Shown in pieces: positions 1 to 7,841 of a stretch of DNA of 64,000 nucleotides; positions within the stretch are counted from its first letter, which is position 1; every line of letters begins with the position of its first letter. A program made the translations under genes and the position numbers. Under the pieces are notes generated by a model. It saw only the letters and a program-made list of their open reading frames with translations, searched no databases and had not been told where the DNA came from. The DNA comes from a virus (taxonomy: Duplodnaviria; Caudoviricetes), in the IMG/VR virus record IMGVR_UViG_3300037423_001433, positions 1 to 64,000 of that record; one strand, written 5' to 3'.

Positions 1-21
1 TCTCCTATTGAGAGCAAGGAA

Positions 22-348
22 GTGGTGGAGGCAAAGCGTCATATTGAAAATCTGCGCGAACTAACAGACCTGCATTCATGGGCATATACAGCCATCAATG
101 AAGCTGCTGATTTTATCGAAGACCTCTGCCGCTGCGCACCCGCATCGAATACGGCGAAGGAACAGGATGAAGCACAGGAGAAATTTTCTGATTGGTCAAA
201 CTCGAATCTAACTGACGGCAATGGTTATGCACCTGTCAACACATGGCGTGAGTGCAGGACTGCATTTTTCAAAGCATTCCCAAACGGTGTAGAGGCTGCA
301 GAAAATGCCGCACTTGAGACATTCAACAAGCTGCACCCGAAAAATTAA
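22..348 (+). CDS. hypothetical protein (GC-richer segment)
   Basis: 108-aa ORF; RBS-like GGAG precedes the next gene; no recognisable motif. Confidence 0.6.
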   Translation: MVEAKRHIENLRELTDLHSWAYTAINEAADFIEDLCRCAPASNTAKEQDEAQEKFSDWSNSNLTDGNGYAPVNTWRECRTAFFKAFPNGVEAAENAALETFNKLHPKN

Positions 349-360
349 AGGAGCGTACAA

Positions 361-1248
361 ATGGCAAGTAACCAAACGCTGACGCAAATTGAAATTGCGA
401 GGCACCGTCTTGAAATCGGTGAAGAGTATCCATTCGATCAAGCCACCCCGTCAAAAGGCTGGGCACACAAAGCAGCTCGCGGAATAATTGCTGATTTATC
501 GGATCGGCGCGGCATAAAACATGCCTTCAATACAAATGAAATTGACGAAGATGTGCGCATAGAATTAGTTGAATCGCTCACTGCGATAATTCTGCTTGCC
601 GCCCTTGATGGCGACAAAGCGGTGAGTGAGCAAGAGCCTTGGCGCGTCGGATTAAACGGTGTGATTGAACGCCTTACTGGTTGCATTGATCCATACACCA
701 AATACAACACGGTGCATATGGCAAACACCGCGTACAGCCATGCGATTGCGGAAATTAAAGAAGTTTTGAATGGCACATCACCCGGCATGCAATCTGCTGC
801 ATCCACCCATACAGACAGCAAAGCACCGATTGACGATAGATTCGTCGTAAAGATGACAATCGATGAATGTCTAGCATTTGCCGATGAATGGGTACGAGGC
901 ATGACGTTTCACGCAGGCTCAAATGGATGGCGTGTGGTGTGCATGTTGCTTGCGCGTGAAGTACGCAGTTTGCGGCTGGCTTCGCAAGTGCCGGATGGAT
1001 ATTTCTTCGCTCTGATGGACGCGCTGCGAATCGAAAGAGGCTCCAAACAGTGGGAGCAGGCCGCTCTTGCATCAGCAAATTTTGCAGCAGCCGCAATCGC
1101 TGAATCCAACCACATAGCATTCGGACAGGACGACTTATCGAAATGCCCTAAGTGTGGTGGTGAAGCCGATAACGGACATGATCGATGCGTTCCGCCGTCA
1201 GCTTATTACTGTAAAAAGTGCAGTAATAATACTGAACAGGAAAAGTAA
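361..1248 (+). CDS. hypothetical mosaic phage accessory protein with C-terminal Zn-finger-like motif
   Basis: AAGGAG RBS; 295 aa; C-terminal CPKC...YYCKKC. Confidence 0.7.
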   Translation: MASNQTLTQIEIARHRLEIGEEYPFDQATPSKGWAHKAARGIIADLSDRRGIKHAFNTNEIDEDVRIELVESLTAIILLAALDGDKAVSEQEPWRVGLNGVIERLTGCIDPYTKYNTVHMANTAYSHAIAEIKEVLNGTSPGMQSAASTHTDSKAPIDDRFVVKMTIDECLAFADEWVRGMTFHAGSNGWRVVCMLLAREVRSLRLASQVPDGYFFALMDALRIERGSKQWEQAALASANFAAAAIAESNHIAFGQDDLSKCPKCGGEADNGHDRCVPPSAYYCKKCSNNTEQEK

Positions 1249-1269
1249 ATATGATTATATAGCATTTAA

Positions 1270-1461
1270 ATGAAAAAATTTATAACAAAAGGGTTACTAT
1301 TGATAACCCCAATTTTAACAACTTCTTGTCATTATAAATATACAACACCATTACTTTGGAACCACCATACCAGTGAAGCATTTAATGCATTAATTGTATT
1401 GTGGGTATTAAATATAATAGCGTTGTTGTCAGTATTTATAATTGTATTTTTGGAGGATTAA
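1270..1461 (+). CDS. small membrane/lipoprotein-like protein
   Basis: N-terminal MKK + hydrophobic stretch ending LTTSC; C-terminal TM segment. Confidence 0.55.
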   Translation: MKKFITKGLLLITPILTTSCHYKYTTPLLWNHHTSEAFNALIVLWVLNIIALLSVFIIVFLED

Positions 1462-1799
1462 TGGAGACACGGCAGGAGACAATTCAACAACTTCTCAGAA
1501 ATGTTGTGACAGCAAATGCTATTCGGCACGAAGCTGCGGATTATATTGATGGACTTGAAGAAGAGATTGAAGACTTATTGCAACAAGTAGCAGATTTAAA
1601 ATTAAAAAACCTTGTCACAAAAATTGATAATTCAATAGCTGTTGAAAAACAACGAGCAGCTCTAATGAAACCAAAATCGGAATGGATGCCTCCAGTACCA
1701 TCTTCAGTTGATCTAAGAGCTTACAATAAAGAAATTCGCCGTCAATTGGGACATGATTTAATTAACGCAGAACGAAACGGGGATGACTATGAATCTTAA
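1461..1799 (+). CDS. hypothetical coiled-coil protein
   Basis: GGAGG RBS, ATG at 1461 overlapping the upstream TAA. Confidence 0.65.
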   Translation: METRQETIQQLLRNVVTANAIRHEAADYIDGLEEEIEDLLQQVADLKLKNLVTKIDNSIAVEKQRAALMKPKSEWMPPVPSSVDLRAYNKEIRRQLGHDLINAERNGDDYES

Positions 1800-2313
1800 T
1801 AAAAGTATCAAAATTTTTAAAGAACGATGTAAAACGATCTTATTTGCAATTTTATTTTTCGCATGTTATAATGCACATGCTCTCACTGATAAGCAATGCC
1901 TAGGTTCTGCAATTTGGTATGAAAGCCGAGGTGAAAGTATTGTAGGGCAGAGAGCTGTGCTGGATGTAATTCTCAACAGAACAAAAGTATTACATCAAAC
2001 AATTTGTCAGGTTGTACGTGCTCCGCATCAATTTAGTTTCTTTACCCGACATACCAAATGGCTGTCTGAGGCGCAATCAGAAGAAATTATAATGAAAACT
2101 TTCTTAGGAGAGAGTTTGAGCAAAGATGCTTTGTACTACCACAACCATACAGTGCACCCTAAATGGGATAGGCATATGATTAAAGTGGCAGTGATAGGGC
2201 ATCACACATTTTTTACAAACAAGGATGGAATGCTTGCTTTAGCATTTGAAAGAATTTCATCTGAAGAGAAGAATATTGTGCGTTATGATTATTTAATTAG
2301 TGACGCAAAATAA
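1783..2313 (+). CDS. SleB-like cell wall hydrolase (Hydrolase_2 family)
   Basis: CLGSAIWYESRGE...AVLDVILNR...HQFSF...ALYYH...IGHHTFF pattern; N-terminal hydrophobic signal ending AHA. Confidence 0.85.
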   Translation: MTMNLNKSIKIFKERCKTILFAILFFACYNAHALTDKQCLGSAIWYESRGESIVGQRAVLDVILNRTKVLHQTICQVVRAPHQFSFFTRHTKWLSEAQSEEIIMKTFLGESLSKDALYYHNHTVHPKWDRHMIKVAVIGHHTFFTNKDGMLALAFERISSEEKNIVRYDYLISDAK

Positions 2314-2329
2314 TTCTCATAAATGAGAA
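2314..2329. promoter_or_regulatory. palindromic putative operator TTCTCAT-AA-ATGAGAA, copy 1
   Basis: 7-2-7 inverted repeat directly after a stop codon; recurs at 15892, 28766, 49007, 57268. Confidence 0.6.
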
Positions 2330-2355
2330 AATTAACTGAAAGGGATATTTAATAT

Positions 2356-2613
2356 ATGTGCGCAGTAAGTATGATTACAGACCACTACAGAGGTAAATGG
2401 CCTTTACCGGATTATAGCAAACCAGAAGACATTTCAGTAATTACAATTACTATAAAAGAATGGCAAAAGTATCAAGAACTAAAACGAAAAGCTCAAGAAT
2501 ACGATGAAAGAACAAATCAACCTGATCGTGTAAAACCTGATGTGGCTGAATGGGAAGCAAAAATAGAAGAAATTATTGAACGTAAAATTAAAGAAAATAA
2601 GGAAAATAAATGA
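2356..2613 (+). CDS. hypothetical phage protein
   Basis: 85-aa ORF in operon, MCAVSMITDHY N-terminus. Confidence 0.7.
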   Translation: MCAVSMITDHYRGKWPLPDYSKPEDISVITITIKEWQKYQELKRKAQEYDERTNQPDRVKPDVAEWEAKIEEIIERKIKENKENK

Positions 2614-3275
2614 AGAAAACTTTATTCATATTGTTAATGTTGGTAGTTGTTTTTGCTAATGCAGGAAGTTTTTCAAGCGGAGGTCGAGGATTTTCAGGAG
2701 GCGGATTTCGCAGTGGAGGGTTTTCAAGCTACCGTTCTACAAGCAGCTTTTCAAGGCCATCATACTCACGTCCATCATACTCACGTCCATCTTTAACAAC
2801 TGCAGCACCTTCTCGTACTATTACACGAACAACCATTGTTCGTAGCTACTCGCGGAATGTTTATAGCTCAGGTCATTACTACGGTGGATGGGGAATGGGT
2901 TATAGTTATCACAGTGGATTGATGACTGGCCTTATTCTAGGGAATTTGATGCATCCATATGGAACAGTTATGTACGCTGGCCCCGGCATTTATACAAATA
3001 ATGCTTTGTTATACCCTAATGGACAAGTAGTAAATCAACAAGGATATTTGGTAGGTAATTATATTAACGGGCAATTTATCCCAGTACAAAATGGTGCTAT
3101 GGTAGCTCAAGCAGTACCAACTGATGCTTATCAACAGCAATCTGCACAACCGGTACAACAGACAGCTCCACAACCTGTAATTGTACAACAAAGCATGGAT
3201 GCTGGCGTAGCAGCGTTACTCATTGTTTTCTCAGCAATATTTGCTATTATTATTTTAGCAATAATTATTCTTTAA
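2610..3275 (+). CDS. Gly/Ser-rich exported membrane protein
   Basis: signal peptide ending ANA, GGFS/SRPSY low-complexity region, Q-rich linker, C-terminal TM helix. Confidence 0.75.
   Translation: MKKTLFILLMLVVVFANAGSFSSGGRGFSGGGFRSGGFSSYRSTSSFSRPSYSRPSYSRPSLTTAAPSRTITRTTIVRSYSRNVYSSGHYYGGWGMGYSYHSGLMTGLILGNLMHPYGTVMYAGPGIYTNNALLYPNGQVVNQQGYLVGNYINGQFIPVQNGAMVAQAVPTDAYQQQSAQPVQQTAPQPVIVQQSMDAGVAALLIVFSAIFAIIILAIIIL
2757..2791 (+). repeat. 15-nt tandem repeat CCATCATACTCACGT x2.3 encoding SRPSY repeats
   Basis: direct reading of sequence. Confidence 0.9.
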
Positions 3276-3284
3276 GAGGTTTCT

Positions 3285-3584
3285 ATGTTATTCACAATTG
3301 CTCTTTCGTTAATTTTGTTGTTTCTTGTTATAGCTGCAGTTTTGATTGTTCGTCGTAATAATTGTGTGGCATGTGATTATGAAACATATGAAGAGGAAGT
3401 TATTGTCACAGAATTTCCTAAGCAAAATTGGAACCCAAACAATTATCCTGCTTTAAGAGTATATTATGATGTAGATATGGGTATGTACTATGTATTTGAT
3501 CCAGAAACTACGCAACGAGTTCTTGTTTATCCTGATGATGACATGTATGAAGATGAGTTAGGAAATATTTGGAGATTGGTATGA
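3285..3584 (+). CDS. membrane-anchored acidic hypothetical protein
   Basis: N-terminal TM helix followed by a Tyr/Asp-rich domain. Confidence 0.7.
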   Translation: MLFTIALSLILLFLVIAAVLIVRRNNCVACDYETYEEEVIVTEFPKQNWNPNNYPALRVYYDVDMGMYYVFDPETTQRVLVYPDDDMYEDELGNIWRLV

Positions 3585-3775
3585 AAGAGCAAAATCCAGT
3601 GGCAGTATTTTTGGAAAAGGCTGTAAAGCAGCCTGAAGGTGAGAAAATAACAATCTCTCAACTTGAATATGACCGCCTTATCAAAGATTCTCTTATGCTA
3701 CAAGCCTTGCGTATTGCAGGAGTTGATAATTGGGAAGGCTATCATGACGCTCTTGACACATTTTTGAAATGGTAA
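3581..3775 (+). CDS. hypothetical phage protein (GVDNWEGY motif)
   Basis: ATG overlapping upstream gene; motif common in phage small proteins. Confidence 0.7.
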   Translation: MKEQNPVAVFLEKAVKQPEGEKITISQLEYDRLIKDSLMLQALRIAGVDNWEGYHDALDTFLKW

Positions 3776-3790
3776 TAAGGAATATATTAA

Positions 3791-4165
3791 ATGCGAATGA
3801 AACAAATTAAAGATGCAAATGATCTGGGTGTGTTTAAAGACATTTTGGATTTGCAAGTAGTAGATGGTAATATTGAAGCTATTACTATCCGTCTTGGTGA
3901 AGAGGGTCAACATGAGATTCGTATTGTTGCATCAAATTCTTATAGTAATTATTTGAAGATTCTTACAGAGGAATTTGAAGAAACTACTCGTTATAAATTG
4001 CACGGCAGTTTCATGGGTATGGTGGATGTTTATGAAACATTTAATGATGAATATGGTGCTACAAAACGTTTTCACGAATACTTGGTAAAGGCAGATCATG
4101 ATGAGGAAAAGTGTGGTTTGATTGTAGAGCCATTTATTGTGTTGACTTCTGGGACTAGGATTTAA
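3791..4165 (+). CDS. hypothetical protein
   Basis: 124-aa ORF, AAGGA RBS. Confidence 0.7.
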   Translation: MRMKQIKDANDLGVFKDILDLQVVDGNIEAITIRLGEEGQHEIRIVASNSYSNYLKILTEEFEETTRYKLHGSFMGMVDVYETFNDEYGATKRFHEYLVKADHDEEKCGLIVEPFIVLTSGTRI

Positions 4166-5188
4166 ATGAAAACAATTGAAGGCAAAAGCAGCATTAAAGC
4201 CACAGTAATCTGTGACAGTATTTCTCCTGATGGGGTGCGTCTTGTCACTTGGGAACTTGAATACCCACGCATTATTCACGCAGAATTGATGACACATCGG
4301 ATGTTTTCTCGAAATGCTGCTAGTTCTCGTGCTATTCCGGCTGCTAAGATGATGCAGCAATTGACAGCAAAGCCTGTAAGGTTTGGGGCTAATGTTAGTG
4401 GTATGCAGGATAATGGAGAGCATGACGGATTGATTTCAGGTCGCACTAACTATATAAGATTAAGATCAGGAGATGAACATGCTTTCACTGATCATTTGTT
4501 TGCTGATGCTGCTTGGGAAGCTGCCAAGGAAGACGCTATTTTCTGGTCTAAAGCCTTCGCAGATGCAGGCTATCACAAGCAAGTATTCAACCGTCTCACA
4601 GAGCCATTCCAGATGATGAAGACGATTGTATCTGCCACAGAATTTGCTAATTTCTTCTGGCTTCGTAATGACGGTGCTGCAGATCCTACGTTGCAGGAAT
4701 TGGCACGTTGTATGTTAGAGGCTTTGAATAGTAGCACCTCTGATAATCTCAAGGCTGGTCATTGGCATCTTCCTTATGTGGACACTTGCCGACAAACCAC
4801 TGTTTCAAAATATTATCTTGATTTTGATAGCACTGAAGAAATAAGTCTTGAGGATGCTATCAAAGTATCTTGTGCTCGTTGTGCTGCAGTGTCCTATCGT
4901 AATGAAGACTATGGACTTGAGAAGTGTAAAGAGTTGTATGATCGTCTTGTAGGGGCTGACAGGAAGCATGCAAGTGCGTTGGAGCATTGTGCTACGCCTA
5001 TGCTGGGGATTGAGCATCTTGAACGTCTTGGTAATGTAGGAAAATGTCACAACATGTTGTCAAATCCTGTCACATGGCAAAAAGGTATTAGCCACGTAGA
5101 TCGTGACGGTAATTTGTGGAGCGGAAACTTCAAAGGCTGGATTCAATATCGTAAGACTATTGAAGGAGAAAATTATGTCAAAAATTGA
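4166..5188 (+). CDS. thyX: FAD-dependent thymidylate synthase
   Basis: IIHAELMTHRMFSRNAASSRA (ThyX RHRxxSxxxxSxR-type motif). Confidence 0.92.
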   Translation: MKTIEGKSSIKATVICDSISPDGVRLVTWELEYPRIIHAELMTHRMFSRNAASSRAIPAAKMMQQLTAKPVRFGANVSGMQDNGEHDGLISGRTNYIRLRSGDEHAFTDHLFADAAWEAAKEDAIFWSKAFADAGYHKQVFNRLTEPFQMMKTIVSATEFANFFWLRNDGAADPTLQELARCMLEALNSSTSDNLKAGHWHLPYVDTCRQTTVSKYYLDFDSTEEISLEDAIKVSCARCAAVSYRNEDYGLEKCKELYDRLVGADRKHASALEHCATPMLGIEHLERLGNVGKCHNMLSNPVTWQKGISHVDRDGNLWSGNFKGWIQYRKTIEGENYVKN

Positions 5189-5522
5189 AGAGAAAAAGAA
5201 AGTAGTTAAAACATTGCAAAAAGCTCAAAAAATAATTTCTGACCGAAAGACATGGACTAAAGGAGCTTACGCAAGAAATCAAAAATCTGATTATGTTGGA
5301 GTAAGTTCTAAAACTGCATGCAAATTTTGTTCTATCGGTGCTTTAATGAAAATAAGTGAAGGTCAAGTGTTTTTAGAAGCAAGAGGGTATCTTGAAAATA
5401 GTTTTGACGGAAGAATTGCTGAAGGAAATGATTATCCTAACACAACGCACAGACAAGTAATGATGGCATATGATTTTGCTATTTTAATGGCTAAAGATGA
5501 TTTAGAAGCTGAGAAGAAATAA
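5175..5522 (+). CDS. hypothetical protein (DUF6197-like)
   Basis: W-x-KG-x-x-AR and CxFCSIGAL motifs; GGAG RBS before ATG 5175. Confidence 0.6.
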   Translation: MSKIEEKKKVVKTLQKAQKIISDRKTWTKGAYARNQKSDYVGVSSKTACKFCSIGALMKISEGQVFLEARGYLENSFDGRIAEGNDYPNTTHRQVMMAYDFAILMAKDDLEAEKK

Positions 5523-5523
5523 T

Positions 5524-5679
5524 ATGATGCTAGAAGAAATCGAAAAACAAGCCATAAAAGAGATTGAGCAGGAGAGATTCCGTATGGCTGTGGAAGCAAG
5601 GAAAACAAAATTACTTTTAAAAACACCGTGGTGGCATAAATTAATGCCATTCACAATTTCTATTAAATGGAGAAAATAA
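5524..5679 (+). CDS. 51-aa helical protein, not in the ORF track
   Basis: manual translation MMLEEIEKQAIKEIEQERFRMAVEARKTKLLLKTPWWHKLMPFTISIKWRK; fills the gap between two genes. Confidence 0.7.
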   Translation: MMLEEIEKQAIKEIEQERFRMAVEARKTKLLLKTPWWHKLMPFTISIKWRK

Positions 5680-5681
5680 TC

Positions 5682-5876
5682 ATGGCACTAATCGATATCA
5701 ATGCAATTGAAGCAGAAGCTAAGAAAGAAATTAACGAAGAGCGTTCAAAGAAAGCCAAAACGGCTTTGGTCACTGCATTGCGTAAGAAAGAAGCTGCAAT
5801 GCAAGTTGTTCGCAATATTGACGCAGAAATTGAAGACTTAAAAGCAAGTATTGCTGATGGATCATTCACATCATAA
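5682..5876 (+). CDS. small helical hypothetical protein
   Basis: GGAG RBS; similar charge pattern to the upstream 51-aa ORF. Confidence 0.7.
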   Translation: MALIDINAIEAEAKKEINEERSKKAKTALVTALRKKEAAMQVVRNIDAEIEDLKASIADGSFTS

Positions 5877-6459
5877 CTGCATAGTTCAAAGTCCACACAT
5901 TCCTGTTCATTGGGCGGGATTTGAAACAACGACTGGCCGAATGGGGTATTCTGGATGGCAATGTGCAACAGACGTTTCTCCGTTTATGGATGAAATGAGG
6001 TTTGTTTTCCATCATCCGGGTTTTAAGTTATCAATGTATGGAACAATGCATGGGTATCATGTAATGAGAGCTGTTCAGCTTTCAAATGATTACTATTCAC
6101 CGCGAGCAGCAGGAACGGCTTATCCAATTGTTATTCAAGGTGCTGCCAGTAAGGACATGTTCTGGCTCAATATGACGGAAGAACATGATTTTTCAAAGCT
6201 TAAAAGAGTGGATTTGCATTCATATGTGGTAAAAACTACATATGAAGAAATACATAATATGCCATTTTTTAAAGAATTGTTTGCGCCTGTTCCAGAGGCA
6301 CAGGAATTAATCATTGACCCACAATGCGTGCAGTCCATGCTGGATCAAATATTGAAAATTCAAGGCCCAATGCGAAAAGAAATCAGAGCAAGAGAAAACC
6401 GCAGGGAATCTGAAGTAAGACAAGTGCATGCGCAAATAGTTAGTCTTAAAGCAGCTTAG
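5851..6459 (+). CDS. hypothetical phage protein
   Basis: 202-aa ORF overlapping upstream gene. Confidence 0.7.
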   Translation: MLMDHSHHNCIVQSPHIPVHWAGFETTTGRMGYSGWQCATDVSPFMDEMRFVFHHPGFKLSMYGTMHGYHVMRAVQLSNDYYSPRAAGTAYPIVIQGAASKDMFWLNMTEEHDFSKLKRVDLHSYVVKTTYEEIHNMPFFKELFAPVPEAQELIIDPQCVQSMLDQILKIQGPMRKEIRARENRRESEVRQVHAQIVSLKAA

Positions 6460-6473
6460 TAAGGAAATATAAT

Positions 6474-6767
6474 ATGATCAGATATATGCCAGATGGTGTA
6501 GGTAATATGGACAAAAGCCCGGAAGGGGATTATTATCATGCGGATGATGTAGATTTAGCTATTCAAAACTTTGAAGATGATATTGAAAGGCTTGAAAAGA
6601 AAAATGAAAATCAAGAGGATAGAATTGATGCTTTAGAGTACGATGTTAGAATATTGGAAAAAGAGAAAGAAAATCTTCAAGACGAAATTTGGTCTTTAGA
6701 ATCTGAAAGAGATGATCTTAAAGCGGAAGTTTGGGAACTTGAGCGCAAATTGGAAAATTACCAATAA
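6474..6767 (+). CDS. coiled-coil hypothetical protein
   Basis: heptad-like L/I-E-K pattern. Confidence 0.7.
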   Translation: MIRYMPDGVGNMDKSPEGDYYHADDVDLAIQNFEDDIERLEKKNENQEDRIDALEYDVRILEKEKENLQDEIWSLESERDDLKAEVWELERKLENYQ

Positions 6768-6776
6768 GGAAAAATC

Positions 6777-7841
6777 ATGGGTGGAAATGCTCTCAAGAAG
6801 TGCATTACTCGTAGATATTCTCATAAAGAGTACGTCGCGTTAGCATCTTTAATAACATACCAGCTTAAGAATCTCTTTCCAGATTGTCGGTTTGAAATTA
6901 TCAAGGCGTATCATGAAAAAGAGTCTTTCGGTGATATGGATATCATCATTGATTCTACTAATCTCCCTGTTGATTGGGTAGAGCAAGTAGTTCAAGAGTT
7001 TGAGCCAGCAGAGACTTACAAAAACTCAAATGTATTGAGTTTTGAACACAGAGAATTCCAGATTGATTTGATTGTTACACCAGCATGCAAGTATCAAACA
7101 TCTTTAGATTATTTCGCTTATAATGATTTAGGTAATCTTCTTGGCCGAGTAGCTTATAGAATGGGTTTGAAACTTGGACACGATGGCTTGAGCTATAATT
7201 GGAGAGATGGAACACACTTATATAAGTCAGCTGTGTTGCTCACTGATTGGAAAGATATCCTTCCTGTGCTTGGATACGATTATGAGATTTATGCACAAGG
7301 TTTTGATACACTTGAGGATATTTTTAAATTTGTTGTGACAAGTCCTTACTTTTGCAAAGATATATTTATGCTGCACAATAGAAACCACATCAGCCGTATT
7401 CGGGATATGAAACGGAAAACCTACATGGAATTTCTGAAGTGGCTTGAAACTTATGAAGACACAGCAGTTCAAAAAATTAACGCAGGATGGGTGGAAAGAA
7501 ATAAAAATACTGTAGGAAAGAATTGTTGGCTTCCTCAGTTGTTTGCAACTATTCCCGGTTTTAAAAGTGTGTATGAACAAGTAGAAAAAGAGTATCAACA
7601 ACACCTTCTTTTTAAAGCTAGGTACAATGGTGATTTGATCAGCGTATGGACTGGCTTTAAAGGTAAAGAGCTTGGACACTTTATGCGATGGATTAATGAA
7701 AAATATGGTGGTAAAGAAAAAGTTAAAAGAGATATTCTAAAACTTAATCCAGTTCTTATTGAGAGATGGGTAATGCATTGGAAATTTCTTTACTATACCG
7801 AGGTAAAATTAAATGGACTTGGCACAGAAGTACGGGATTGA
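6777..7841 (+). CDS. Pol-beta-superfamily nucleotidyltransferase
   Basis: MGGNAL N-terminus, ESFGDMDIII (G-D-x-D) and QIDLI third-carboxylate strand. Confidence 0.75.
   Translation: MGGNALKKCITRRYSHKEYVALASLITYQLKNLFPDCRFEIIKAYHEKESFGDMDIIIDSTNLPVDWVEQVVQEFEPAETYKNSNVLSFEHREFQIDLIVTPACKYQTSLDYFAYNDLGNLLGRVAYRMGLKLGHDGLSYNWRDGTHLYKSAVLLTDWKDILPVLGYDYEIYAQGFDTLEDIFKFVVTSPYFCKDIFMLHNRNHISRIRDMKRKTYMEFLKWLETYEDTAVQKINAGWVERNKNTVGKNCWLPQLFATIPGFKSVYEQVEKEYQQHLLFKARYNGDLISVWTGFKGKELGHFMRWINEKYGGKEKVKRDILKLNPVLIERWVMHWKFLYYTEVKLNGLGTEVRD

Noticed and set aside
438-1120. Minus-strand ORFs of 154 and 121 aa
   Set aside because: Antisense to the 295-aa gene in a GC-richer region where stops are rarer
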